NCBI GenBank assembly: GCA_964016885.1
Contig: CAXHJY010001426.1
Span: 1 to 64,000, forward strand
Direction: 5' to 3'
DNA length: 64,000 bases
Source: Eledone cirrhosa
Taxonomy: Eukaryota
The notes below the pieces were generated by a model. It was not told the DNA's origin and did not search any database. It saw only the letters and a list, made by a program, of their open reading frames with translations. The position numbers and the translations under genes are program-made. Of this stretch, positions 51,546 to 64,000 are shown in pieces. Every line of letters begins with the position of its first letter. Within the stretch, counting starts at the first letter, position 1.

Positions 51546-53712
51546 TTTTTTAAAAAATCAGGTGGAGATAATTTGTAAAAAAAATCAGGGGGAGATAATT
51601 TGTAAAAACAAAATCAAGGGCAGATAATTTCCAGCTGTCCAAGGGGAGGTAATTTCCAGCCGTCCAAGGGGAGATAATTTCCAGCCGTCCAAGGGGAGAT
51701 AATTTCCATCCTTCCAAGGGGATATAATTTCCAGCCGTCCAAGGGGAGATAATTTCCCGCCAGCCAAGGGAAGATAATTTTTAAAAAAATCAGGCGGAGA
51801 TTGTAAAAAAAATTAGGGGGAGATAATTTGTAAAAAAATCAGGGGGAGATAATTTGTAAAAAAAAATCAGGGGGAGATAATTTGTAAAAAAAATCAGGGG
51901 GAGATAATTTGTAAAAAAAAATCAGGGGGAGATAATTTGTAAAAAAAATTAGGCGTAGATAATTTGTAAAAAAAAATCAGGGGGAGATAATTTGTAAAAA
52001 AAAATCAGGGGGAGATAATTTGTTAAAAAAATCAAGGGGAGATAATTTGCAGCCGTCCAAGGGGAGATAATTTTCAGCCGTCCAAGGAGAGGTAATTTCT
52101 AGCCGTCCAAGGGGAGATAATTTCCAGCCGTCCAAGGGGAGATAATTTCCAGCCGTTCAAGGGTAGATAATTTTAAAAAAAAAATCAGGCGGAGATAATT
52201 TGTAAAAAAAAATCAGGGGGAGATAATTCGTAAAAAAAAATCAGGGGGAGATAATTTGTAAAAAAAATCAAGGGGAGATAATTTCCAGCCGTCCAAGGGG
52301 AGGTAATATCTAGCCGTCCAAGGGGAGATAATTTCCAGCCGTCCAAGGGGAGATAATTTCCAGCCGTCCAAGGGTAGATAATATCCAGCCGTCCAAGGAG
52401 ACATATTTTCCAGCCGTCCAAGGAGAGGTAATTTCTAGCCGTCCAAGGGGAGATAAATTCCAGCCTCCAAGGGGAGATAATTTCCAGCCAGCCAAGGGGA
52501 GATAATTTGTAAAAAAATCAGGGGGAGATAATTTGTAAAAAAAATCAGGGGGAGATAATTTGTAAAAAAAAATCAGGGGGAGATAATTTGTAAAAAAAAA
52601 TCAGGGGGAGATAATTTGTAAAAAAAAATCAGGGGGAGATAATTTGTAAAAAAAATCAAGGGGAGATAATTTCCAGCCGTCCAAGGGGAGATAATTTTCA
52701 GCCGTCCAAGGGGAGATAATTTCCCGCCAGCCAAGGGAAGATAATATTTAAAAAAATCAGGCGGAGATAATTTGTAAAAAAAATCAGGGGGAGATAATTT
52801 GTAAAAAAATCAGGGGGAGATAATTTGTAACAAAAAATCAGGGGGAGATAATTTGTAAAAAAAATCAGGGGGAGATAATTTGTAAAAAAATCAAGGGGAG
52901 ATAATTTCCAGCCGTCCAAGGGGAGATAATTTTCAGCTGTCCAAGGAGAGGTAATTTCTAGTCGTCCGAGGAGAGATAATTTCCAGCCGTCCAAGGGGAG
53001 ATAATTTCCAGCCGTCCAAGGGGAGATAATTTCCAGCCGTCCAAGGAGACATATTTTCCAGCAGTCCAAGGAGAGGTAATTTCTAACCGTCCAAGGGGAG
53101 ATAAATTGCAGCCTCCAAGGGGAGATAATTTCCAGCCAGCCAAGGGGAGATAATTTGTAAAAAAAATCAGAGGGAGATAATTTGTAAAAAAAAATCAGGG
53201 GGAGATAATTTGTAAAAAATAATCAGGGGGAGATAATTTGTAAAAAAATCAAGGGGAGATAATTTCCAGCCGTCCAAGGGGAGATAATTTTCAGCCGTCC
53301 AAGGGGAGATAATTTCCCGCCAGCCAAGGGAAGATAATATTTAAAAAAATTAGGCGGATATAATTTGTAAAAAAAATCGGGGGGAGATAATTTGTAAAAA
53401 AATCAGGGGGAGATAATTTGTAAAAAAAATCAGGGGGAGATAATTTGTAAAAAAAAATCAGGGGTAGATAATTTGTAAAAAAAATCAAGGGGAGATAATT
53501 TCCAGCCGTCCAAGGGGAGGTAATATCTAGCCGTCCAAGGGGAGATAATTTCCAGCCGTCCAAGGGGAGATAATTTCCAGCCGTCCAAGGGGAGATAATT
53601 TCCAGCCGTCCAAGGAGACATATTTTCCAGCCGTCCAAGGCGAGGTAATTTCTAGCCGTCCAAGGGGAGATAAATTCCAGCCTCCAAGAGGAGATAATTT
53701 CCAGCCAGCCAA
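51520..53712 (+). repeat. Dispersed copy of about 14980-17172 (offset about 36,539)
   Basis: ORF pairs 15046/51585, 15646/52185, 16159/52698 and 16753/53291. Shared AAATTAGGGGG (15271/51811), AAATTGCAGCCTCC and CCTCCAAGAGGAG variants. Confidence 0.85.
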
Positions 53713-56700
53713 GGAGAGATAATTTTTAAAAAAAATCAGGCGGAGATAATTTGTAAAAAAAAAATCAGGGGGAGATAATTTGTAAAAAAAAATCAGGGGG
53801 AGATAATTTGTAAAAAAAATCAAGGGGAGATAATTTCCAGCCGTCCAAGGGGAGATAATTTCCAGCCGTCCAAGGAGACATATTTTCCAGCAGTCCAAGG
53901 AGAGGTAATTTCTAACCGTCCAAGGGGAGATAAATTCCAGCCTCCAAGGGGAGATAATTTCCAGCCAGCCAAGGGGAGATAATTTGTAAAAAAAATCAGA
54001 GGGAGATAATTTGTAAAAAAAAATCAGGGGGAGATAATTTGTAAAAAAATCAAGGGGAGATAATTTCCAGCCGTCCAAGGGGAGATAATTTTCAGCCGTC
54101 CAAGGGGAGATAATTTCCCGCCAGCCAAGGGAAGATAATATTTAAAAAAATTAGGCGGAGATAATTTGTAAAAAAAATCGGGAGGAGATAATTTGTAAAA
54201 AAATCAGGGGGAGATAATTTGTAAAAAAAATCAGGGGGAGATAATTTGTAAAAAAAATCAGGTGGAGATAATTTGTAAAAAAAAATCAGGGGTAGATAAT
54301 TTGTAAAAAAAAATCAGGGGGAGATAATTTGTAAAAAAAAATCAGGGAGAGATAATTTGTAAAAAAAATGAGGGGGAGATAATTTGTAAAAAAAAATCAG
54401 GGGTAGATAATTTGTAAAAAAAAATCAGGGGGAGATAATTTGTAAAAAAAAATCAGGGGGAGATAATTTGTAAAAAAAATCAAGGGGAGATAATTTCCAG
54501 CCGTCCAAGGGGAGGTAATATCTAGCCGTCCAAGGGGAGATAATTTCCAGCCGTCCAAGGGGAGATAATTTCCAGCCGTCCAAGGGTAGATAATATCCAG
54601 CCGTCCAAGGACATATTTTCCAGCCGTCCAAGGAGAGGTAATTTCTAGCCGTCCAAGGGGAGATAAATTCCAGCCTCCAAGGGGAGATAATTTCCAGTCA
54701 GCCAAGGGGAGATAATTTGTAAAAAAATCAGGGGGAGATAATTTGTAAAAAAAATCAGGGGGAGATAATTTGTAAAAAAAAATCAGGGGGAGATAATTTG
54801 TAAAAAAAAATCAGGGGGAGATAATTTGTAAAAAAAAATCAGGGGGAGATAATTTCCAGCCGTCCAAGGGGAGATAATTTTCAGCCGTCCAAGGGGAGAT
54901 AAATTCCCGCCAGCCAAGAGAAGATAATATTTAAAAAAATCAGGCGGAGATAATTTGTAAAAAAAATCAGGGAGAGATAATTTGTAAAAAAATCAGGGGG
55001 AGATAATTTCTAAAAAAAAAATCAGGGGGAGATAATTTGTAAAAAAAATCAGGGGGAGATAATTTGTAAAAAAAAATTAGGGGTAGATAATTTGTAAAAA
55101 AAAATCAGGGGGAGATAATTTGTAAAAAAAAATCAGGGGGAGATAATTTGTAAAAAAAATGAAAGGGGAGATAATATCCAGCCGTCCAAGGAGAGATAAT
55201 TTAAAAAAAAAATCAGGCGGAGATAATTTGTAAAAAAAAAATCAGGGGGAGATAATTTGTAAAAAAAAATCAGGGGGAGATAATTTGTAAAAAAAATCAA
55301 GGGGAGATAATTTCCAGCCGTCCAAGGGGAGATAATTTTCAGCCGTCCAATGAGAGGTAATTTCTAGCCGTCCAAGGGGAGATAATTTCCAGCCCTCCAA
55401 GGGGCTATAATTTCCAGTGTCCAAGGGGAGATAATTTCCAGCCAGCGAAGGGGAGATAATTTTTTTTAAATAATCAGGGGGAGATTTTTAAAAAAAATCG
55501 GGGGAGATAATTTGTAAAAAAAATCAAAGGGAGATAATTTCCAGCCGTCCAAAGAGAGATAATTTCTAGCCGTCCAAGGGGAGATAATTTCGAGCCAAGG
55601 GGAGATAATTCCAGCCGTCCAAGGGAAGATAATTTCCAGCCCTCCAAGGGGCTATAATTTCCAGCGTCCAAGGGGAGATAATTTCCAGCCAGCGAAGGGG
55701 AGATAATTTCCAGCCAGCGAAGGGGAGATAATTTTTTTTAAAAAATCATTAGATTTGTAAAAAAAATCAGGGGGAGATAATTTGTAAAAAAAATCAAGGG
55801 GAGATAATTTCCAGCCGTCCAAGGGGAGGTAATATCTAGCCGTCCAAGGGGAGATAATTTCCAGCCGTCCAAGGGGAGATAATTTCCAGCCGTCCAAGGG
55901 TAGATAATATCCAGCCGTCCAAGGACATATTTTCCAGCCGTCCAAGGAGAGGTAATTTCTAGCCGTCCAAGGGGAGATAAATTCCAGCCTCCAAGGGGAG
56001 ATAATTTCCAGCCAGCCAAGGGGAGATAATTTGTAAAAAAAATCAGGGGGAGATAATTTGTGAAAAAAAATCAGGGGGAGATAATTTGTAAAAAAAAATC
56101 AGGGGGAGATAATTTGTATAAAAAATCAAGGGGAGATAATTTCCAGCCGTCCAAGGGGAGATAATTTTCAGCCGTCCAAGGGGAGATAATTTCCCGCCAG
56201 CCAAGGGAAGATAATATTTAAAAAAATTAGGCGGAGATAATTTGTAAAAAAAATCAGGGGGAGATAATTTGTAAAAAAATCAGGTGGAGATAATTTGTAA
56301 AAAAAATAAGGGGGAGATAATTTGTAAAAAAAATCAAGGGGAGATAATTTCCAGCCGTCCAAGGGGAGGTAATATCTAGCCGTCCAAGGGGAGATAATTT
56401 CCAGCCGTCCAAGGGGAGATAATTTCCAGCCGTCCAAGGGTAGATAATATCCAGCCGTCCAAGGACATATTTTCCAGCCGTCCAAGGAGAGGTAATTTCT
56501 AGCCGTCCAAGGGGAGATAAATTCCAGCCTCCAAGGGGAGATAATTTCCAGCCAGCCAAGGGGAGATAATTTGTAAAAAAAATCAGGGGGAGATAATTTG
56601 TAAAAAAAAATCAGGGGGAGATAATTTGTAAAAAAAAATCAGGGGGAGATAATTTGTATAAAAAATCAAGGGGAGATAATTTCCAGCCGTCCAAGGGGAG

Positions 56701-59700
56701 ATAATTTTCAGCCGTCCAAGGGGAGATAATTTCCCGCCAGCCAAGGGAAGATAATATTTAAAAAAATTAGGCGGAGATAATTTGTAAAAAAAATCAGGGG
56801 GAGATAATTTGTAAAAAAATCAGGTGGAGATAATTTGTAAAAAAAATCAGGGGGAGATAATTTGTAAAAAAAATCAAGGGGAGATAATTTCCAGCCGTCC
56901 AAGGGGAGGTAATATCTAGCCGTCCAAGGGGAGATAATTTCCAGCCGTCCAAGGAGAGATAATTTTCAGCCGTCCAAGGAGAGGTAATTTCTAGCCGTCC
57001 AAGGAGAGATAATTTCCAGCCGTCCAAGGGGAGATAATTTCCAGCCGTCCAAGGGGAGATAATTTCCAGCCCTCCAACGAGACATATTTTCCAGCCGTCC
57101 AAGGAGAGGTAATTACTAGCCGTCCAAGGAGAGATAATTTCCAGCCGTCCAAGGGGAGATAAATTCCAGCCTCCAAGGGGAGATAATTTCCAGCCAGCCA
57201 AGGGGAGATAATTTGTAAAAAAATCAGGGGGAGATAATTTGTAAAAAAAATCAGGGGGAGATAATTTGTAAAAAAAAATCAGGGAAAGATAATTTGTAAA
57301 AAATAATCAGGGGGAGATAATTTTTAAAAAAAATCAAGGGGAGATAATTTCCAGCCGTCCAAGGGGAGATAATTTTCAGCCGTCCAAGGGGAGATAATTT
57401 CCCGCCAGCCAAGGGAAGATAATATTTAAAAAAATCAGGCGGAGATAATTTGTAAAAAAAATCAGGGGGAGATAATTTGTAAAAAAATCAGGGGGAGATA
57501 ATTTGTAAAAAAAAAATCAGGGGGAGATAATTTGTAAAAAAAATCATGGGGAGATAATTTCCAGCCGTCCAAGGGGAGGTAATATCTAGCCGTCCAAGGG
57601 GAGATAATTTCCAGCCGTCCAAGGGGAGATAATTTCCACCCGTCCAAGTGTAGATAATATCCAGCCGTCCAAGGAGAAATATTTTCCAGCCGTCCAAGGA
57701 GAGGTAATTTCTAGCCGTCCAAGGGGAGATAAATTCCAGCCTCCAAGGGGAGATAATTTCCAGCCAGCCAAGGGGAGATAATTTGTAAAAAAATCAGGGG
57801 GAGATAATTTGTAAAAAAAATCAGGCGCAGATAATTTGTAAAAAAAAATCAGGGGGAGATAATTTGTAAAAAAAAATCAGGGGGAGATAATTTGTAAAAA
57901 AAAATCAGGGGGAGATAATTTGTAAAAAAAATCAAGGGGAGATAATTTCCAGCCGTCCAAGGGGAGATAATTTTCAGCCGTCCAAGGGGAGATAATTTCC
58001 CGCCAGCCAAGGGAAGATAATATTTAAAAAAATCAGGCGGAGATAATTTGTAAAAAAAATCAGGGGGAGATAATTTGTAAAAAAATCAGGGGGAGATAAT
58101 TTGTAAAAAAAAATCAGGGGGAGATAATTTGTAAAAAAAATCAGGGGGAGATAATTTGTAAAAAAATCAAGGGGAGATAATTTCCAGCCGTCCAAGGGGA
58201 GATAATTTTTTTAAAAATCAGGTGGAGATAATTTGTAAAAAAAATCAGCGGGAGATAATTTGTAAAAACAAAATCAAGGGCAGATAATTTCCAGCTGTCC
58301 AAGGGGAGATAATTTCCAGCCGTCCAAGGGGAGATAATTTCCAGCCGTCCAAGGGGAGATAATTTCCATCCTTCCAAGGGGATATAATTTCCAGCCGTCC
58401 AAGGGGAGATAATTTCCCGCCAGCCAAGGGAAGATAATTTTTAAAAAAATCAGGCGGAGATTGTAAAAAAAATCAGGGGGGAGATAATTTGTAAAAAAAT
58501 CAGGGGGAAATAATTTGTAAAAAAAAATCAGGGGGAGATAATTTGTAAAAAAAATCAGGGGGAGATAATTTGTAAAAAAAAATCAGGGGGAGATAATTTG
58601 TAAAAAAAATTAGGCGTAGATAATTTGTAAAAAAAAATCAGGGGGAGATAATTTGTAAAAAAAAATCAGGGGGAGATAATTTGTTAAAAAATCAAGGGGA
58701 GATAATTTGCAGCCGTCCAAGGGGAGATAATTTTCAGCCGTCCAAGGAGAGGTAATTTCTAGCCGTCCAAGGGGAGATAATTTCCAGCCGTCCAAGGGGA
58801 GATAATTTCCAGCCGTTCAAGGGGAGATAATTTTTAAAAAAAAATCAGGCGGAGATAATTTGTAAAAAAAAATCAGGGGGAGATAAATTGTAAAAAAAAT
58901 CAAGGGGAGATAATTTCCAGCCGTCCAAGGGGAGGTAATATCTAGCCGTCCAAGGGGAGATAATTTCCAGCCGTCCAAGGGGAGATAATTTCCAGCCGTC
59001 CAAGGGGAGATAATTTCCAGCCGTCCAAGGAGACATATTTTCCAGCCGTCCAAGGCGAGGTAATTTCTAGCTGTCCAAGTGGAGATAAATTCCAGCCTCC
59101 AAGGGGAGATAATTTCCAGCCAGCCAAGGGGAGATAATTTCTAAAAAAATCAGGGGGAGATAATTTGTAAAAAATATCAGGGGGAGATAATTTGTAAAAA
59201 AAATCAGGGGGAGATAATTTGTAAAAAAAAATCAGGGGGAGATAATTTGTAAAAAAAAATCAGGGGGAGATAATTTGTAAAAAAAATCAAGGTGAGATAA
59301 TTTCCAGCCGTCCAAGGGGAGATAATTTTCAGCCGTCCAAGGGGAGATAATTTCCCGCCAGCCAAGGGAAGATAATATTTAAAAAAATTAGGCGGAGATA
59401 ATTTGTAAAAAAAATCAGGGGGAGATAATTTGTAAAAAAAATCAAGGGGAGATAATTTCCAGCCGTCCAAGGGGAGGTAATATCTAGCCGTCCAAGGGGA
59501 GATAATTTCCAGCCGTCCAAGGAGAGATAATTTTCAGCCGTCCAAGGAGAGGTAATTTCTAGCCGTCCAAGGAGAGATAATTTCCAGCCGTCCAAGGGGA
59601 GATAATTTCCAGCCGTCCAAGGGGAGATAATTTCCAGCCCTCCAACGAGACATATTTTCCAGCCGTCCAAGGAGAGGTAATTACTAGCCGTCCAAGGAGA

Positions 59701-62700
59701 GATAATTTCCAGCCGTCCAAGGGGAGATAAATTCCAGCCTCCAAGGGGAGATAATTTCCAGCCAGCCAAGGGGAGATAATTTGTAAAAATATCAGGGGGA
59801 GATAATTTGTAAAAAAAATCAGGGGGAGATAATTTGTAAAAAAAAATCAGGGAAAGATAATTTGTAAAAAATAATCAGGGGGAGATAATTTGTAAAAAAA
59901 ATCAAGGGGAGATAATTTCCAGCCGTCCAAGGGGAGATAATTTTCAGCCGTCCAAGGGGAGATAATTTCCCGCCAGCCAAGGGAAGATAATATTTAAAAA
60001 AATCAGGCGGAGATAATTTGTAAAAAAAATCAGGGGGAGATAATTTGTAAAAAAATCAGGGGGAGATAATTTGTAAAAAAAAAATCAGGGGGAGATAATT
60101 TGTAAAAAAAATCATGGGGAGATAATTTCCAGCCGTCCAAGGGGAGGTAATATCTAGCCGTCCAAGGGGAGATAATTTCCAGCCGTCCAAGGGGAGATAA
60201 TTTCCACCCGTCCAAGTGTAGATAATATCCAGGCGTCCAAGGAGAAATAATTTCCAGCCGTCCAAGGAGAGGTAATTTCTAGCCGTCCAAGGGGAGATAA
60301 ATTCCAGCCTCCAAGTGGAGATAATTTCCAGCCAGCCAAGGGGAGATAATTTGTAAAAAAATCAGGGGGAGATAATTTGTAAAAAAAATCAGGGGCAGAT
60401 AATTTGTAAAAAAAAATCAGGGGGAGATAATTTGTAAAAAAAAATCAGGGGGAGATAATTTGTAAAAAAAAATCAGGGGGAGATAATTTGTAAAAAAAAT
60501 CAAGGGGAGATAATTTCCAGCCGTCCAAGGGGAGATAATTTTCAGCCGTCCAAGGGGAGATAATTTCCCGCCAGCCAAGGGAAGATAATATTTAAAAAAA
60601 TCAGGCGGAGATAATTTGTAAAAAAAATCAGGGGGAGATAATTTGTAAAAAAATCAGGGGGAGATAATTTGTAAAAAAAAATCAGGGGGAGATAATTTGT
60701 AAAAAAAATCAGGGGGAGATAATTTGTAAAAAAATCAAGGGGAGATAATTTCCAGCCGTCCAAGGGGAGATAATTTTTTAAAAAATCAGGTGGAGATAAT
60801 TTGTAAAAAAAATCAGGGGGAGATAATTTGTAAAAACAAAATCAAGGGCAGATAATTTCCAGCTGTCCAAGGGGAGATAATTTCCAGCCGTCCAAGGGGA
60901 GATAATTTCCAGCCGTCCAAGGGGAGATAATTTCCCTCCTTCCAAGGGGATATAATTTCCAGCCGTCCAAGGGGAGATAATTTCCCGCCAGCCAAGGGAA
61001 GATAATTTTTAAAAATATCAGGCGGAGATTGTAAAAAAAATCAGGGGGGAGATAATTTGTAAAAAAATCAGGGGGAAATAATTTGTAAAAAAAAATCAGG
61101 GGGAGATAATTTGTAAAAAAAATCAGGGGGAGATAATTTGTAAAAAAAAATCAGGGGGAGATAATTTGTAAAAAAAATTAGGCGTAGATAATTTGTAAAA
61201 AAAAATCAGGGGGAGATAATTTGTAAAAAAAAATCAGGGGGAGATAATTTGTTAAAAAATCAAGGGGAGATAATTTGCAGCCGTCCAAGGGGAGATAATT
61301 TTCAGCCGTCCAAGGAGAGGTAATTTCTAGCCGTCCAAGGGGAGATAATTTCCAGACGTCCAAGGGGAGATAATTTCCAGCCGTTCAAGGGGAGATAATT
61401 TTTAAAAAAAAATCAGGCGGAGATAATTTGTAAAAAAAAATCAGGGGGAGATAAATTGTAAAAAAAATCAAGGGGAGATAATTTCCAGCCGTCCAAGGGG
61501 AGGTAATATCTAGCCGTCCAAGGGGAGATAATTTCCAGCCGTCCAAGGGGAGATAATTTCCAGCCGTCCAAGGGGAGATAATTTCCAGCCGTCCAAGGAG
61601 ACATATTTTCCAGCCGTCCAAGGCGAGGTAATTTCTAGCCGTCCAAGGGGAGATAAATTCCAGCCTCCAAGGGGAGATAATTTCCAGCCAGCCAAGGGGA
61701 GATAATTTGTAAAAAAATCAGGGGGAGATAATTTGTAAAAAATATCAGGGGGAGATAATTTGTAAAAAAAATCAGGGGGAGATAATTTGTAAAAAAAAAT
61801 CAGGGGGAGATAATTTGTAAAAAAAAATCAGGGGGAGATAATTTGTAAAAAAAATCAAGGGGAGATAATTTCCAGCCGTCCAAGGGGAGATAATTTTCAG
61901 CTGTCCAAGGAGAGGTAATTTCTAGTCGTCCGAGGAGAGATAATTTCCAGCCGTCCAAGGGGAGATAATTTCCAGCCGTCCAAGGGGAGATAATTTCCAG
62001 CCGTCCAAGGAGACATATTTTCCAGCAGTCCAAGGAGAGGTAATTTCTAACCGTCCAAGGGGAGATAAATTCCAGCCTCCAAGGGGAGATAATTTCCAGC
62101 CAGCCAAGGGGAGATAATTTGTAAAAAAAATCAGAGGGAGATAATTTGTAAAAAAAAATCAGGGGGAGATAATTTGTAAAAAATAGTCAGGGGGAGATAA
62201 TTTGTAAAAAAATCAAGGGGAGATAATTTCCAGCCGTCCAAGGGGAGATAATTTTCAGCCGTCCAAGGGGAGATAATTTCCCGCCAGCCAAGGGAAGATA
62301 ATATTTAAAAAAATTAGGCGGATATAATTTGTAAAAAAATCGGGGGGAGATAATTTGTAAAAAAATCAGGGGGAGATAATTTGTAAAAAAAATCAGGGGG
62401 AGATAATTTGTAAAAAAAATCAGGGGGAGATAATTTGTAAAAAAAAATCAGGGGTAGATAATTGGTAAAAAAAAATCAGGAGGCGATAATTTGTAAAAAA
62501 AAATCAGGGAGAGATAATTTGTAAAAAAAAATCAGGGGGAGATAATTTGTAAAAAAAAATCAGGGGTAGATAATTTGTAAAAAAAAATCAGGGGGAGATA
62601 ATTTGTAAAAAAAATCAAGGGGAGATAATTTCCAGCCGTCCAAGGGGAGGTAATATCTAGCCGTCCAAGGGGAGATAATTTCCAGCCGTCCAAGGGGAGA

Positions 62701-64000
62701 TAATTTCCACCCGTCCAAGGGTAGATAATATCCAGCCGTCCAAGGAGAAATATTTTCCAGCCGTCCAAGGAGAGGTAATTTCTAGCCGTCCAAAGGGAGA
62801 TAAATTCCAGCCTCCAAGGGGAGATAATTTCCAGCCAGCCAAGGGGAGATAATTTGTAAAAAAATCAGGGGGAGATAATTTGTTAAAAAAATCAGGGGCA
62901 GATAATTTGTAAAAAAAAATCAGGTGGAGATAATTTGTAAAAAAAAATCAGGGGGAGATAATTTGTAAAAAAAATCAGGGGGAGATAATTTGTAAAAAAA
63001 ATCAAGGGGAGATAATTTCCAGCCGTCCAAGGGGAGATAATTTTCAGCTGTCCAAGGAGAGGTAATTTCTAGTCGTCCGAGGAGAGATAATTTCCAGCCG
63101 TCCAAGGGGAGATAATTTCCAGCCGTCCAAGGGGAGATAATTTCCAGCCGTCCAAGGAGACATATTTTCCAGCAGTCCAAGGAGAGGTAATTTCTAACCG
63201 TCCAAGGGGAGATAAATTCCAGCCTCCAAGGGGAGATAATTTCCAGCCAGCCAAGGGGAGATAATTTGTAAAAAAAATCAGAGGGAGATAATTTGTAAAA
63301 AAAAATCAGGGGGAGATAATTTGTAAAAAATAATCAGCGGGAGATAATTTGTAAAAAAATCAAGGGGAGATAATTTCCAGCCGTCCAAGGGGAGATAATT
63401 TTCAGCCGTCCAAGGGGAGATAATTTCCCGCCAGCCAAGGGAAGATAATATTTAAAAAAATTAGGCGGATATAATTTGTAAAAAAAATCGGGGGGAGATA
63501 ATTTGTAAAAAAATCAGGGGGAGATAATTTGTAAAAAAAATCAGGGGGAGATAATTTGTAAAAAAAAATCAGGGGGAGATAATTTGTAAAAAAAATCAAG
63601 GGGAGATAATTTCCAGCCGTCCAAGGGGAGGTAATATCTAGCCGTCCAAGGGGAGATAATTTCCAGCCGTCTAAGGGGAGATAATTTCCACCCGTCCAAG
63701 GGTAGATAATATCCAGCCGTCCAAGGAGAAATATTTTCCAGTCGTCCAAGGAGAGGTAATTTCTAGCCGTCCAAGGGGAGATAAATTCCAGCCTCCAAGG
63801 GGAGATAATTTCCAGCCAGCCAAGGGGAGATAATTTGTAAAAAAATCAGGGGGAGATAATTTGTAAAAAAAATCAGGGGCAGATAATTTGTAAAAAAAAA
63901 TCAGGGGGAGATAATTTGTAAAAAAAAATCAGGGGGAGATAATTTGTAAAAAAAATCAGGGGGAGATAATTTCCAGCCGTCCAAGGGGAGATAATTTTCA
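53712..64000 (+). repeat. Near-identical copy, at least 10.3 kb, of about 21741-32082 (offset 31,971, then 31,945, then 31,918)
   Basis: Every ORF from 23324 to 31484 recurs at exactly +31,918 with the same translation. Shared private variants include CCAGGCGTCC (28311/60229), CCAGACGTCC (29434/61352), CAGGAGGCGATA (30559/62477) and GTCTAAGGGG (31751/63669). Confidence 0.93.

Larger units (their letters stand above)
1..64000 (+). repeat. Compound two-monomer tandem satellite array (A: GGGGAGATAATTTCCAGCCGTCCAA, 25 bp; B: GGGGGAGATAATTTGT(A)7-10TCA, 26-29 bp), extending past both window edges
   Basis: The GGGGAGATAATTT core or a close variant recurs about every 25-28 bp from the first base to the last, always in the same orientation. 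It is followed by either CCAGCCGTCCAA or GT(A)nTCA. I saw no non-repeat insert. Confidence 0.98.

Noticed and set aside
51-63749. Hundreds of minus-strand ORFs encoding LDGWKLSPLGRLEIISPWTAGNYLP-type repeats (longest 235 aa, 12627-13334)
   Set aside because: This is an artefact. The reverse complement of monomer A has no stop codon, and a 25 bp period cycles through all frames, so overlapping ORFs give the same peptide. Most starts are TTG read as M, and A-tract length changes shift frames freely. On the + strand, TAA in the core closes all frames.
1-64000. CRISPR-like layout (constant core plus intervening segment)
   Set aside because: The intervening segments are only about 12-15 bp and of two recurring types rather than unique spacers. 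The core is too short, and no leader or cas gene is present.
1-64000. GGAG/GGGGAG as ribosome-binding sites and GATAAT or TATAAT variants as -10 boxes
   Set aside because: They are part of the repeat monomer, with no downstream coding sequence and no -35 context.
1-64000. Canonical G-quadruplex array
   Set aside because: G-runs are separated by about 21-24 nt, far beyond the usual loops of 7 nt or less. Stable intramolecular G4 formation is not supported by the sequence alone.
1-64000. Plasmid or viral iteron origin, or transposon subterminal repeats
   Set aside because: No rep, transposase or other coding sequence and no inverted termini are present. The array is far longer than known iteron clusters.
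1-64000. The whole array as a sequencing or concatemer artefact
   Set aside because: Ordered private variants shared across nested duplications of different ages indicate real evolutionary history. Individual junctions and copy numbers still need read support.

Overview
The whole 64 kb window is one head-to-tail tandem-repeat (satellite-like) array. I saw no unique sequence, strand inversion, credible gene, RNA gene, transposon or CRISPR array. It is built from two monomers that share the core (A/G)GGGGAGATAATTT. Type A is GGGGAGATAATTTCCAGCCGTCCAA (25 bp, 52% GC). Type B is GGGGGAGATAATTTGT(A)7-10TCA (26-29 bp, about 30% GC, about 74% purine on +). The two types alternate in blocks. A blocks come from a small vocabulary of stereotyped, ordered variant 'words', and the block junctions follow consistent rules. 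Above that level sit nested tandem duplications of about 0.54, 1.47, 1.8, 2.02, 2.13, 2.57, 3.6/4.36 and 5.65/5.87 kb. There is also a near-identical copy of more than 10 kb at offsets of 31.9-36.5 kb. All ORFs in the track are minus-strand translations of the repeat and are rejected. The organism and function cannot be determined from the sequence; eukaryotic heterochromatic, centromeric or subtelomeric satellite is the most economical inference. Duplication offsets come from matching ORF-track coordinates and rare variants read by eye, so boundaries are approximate.
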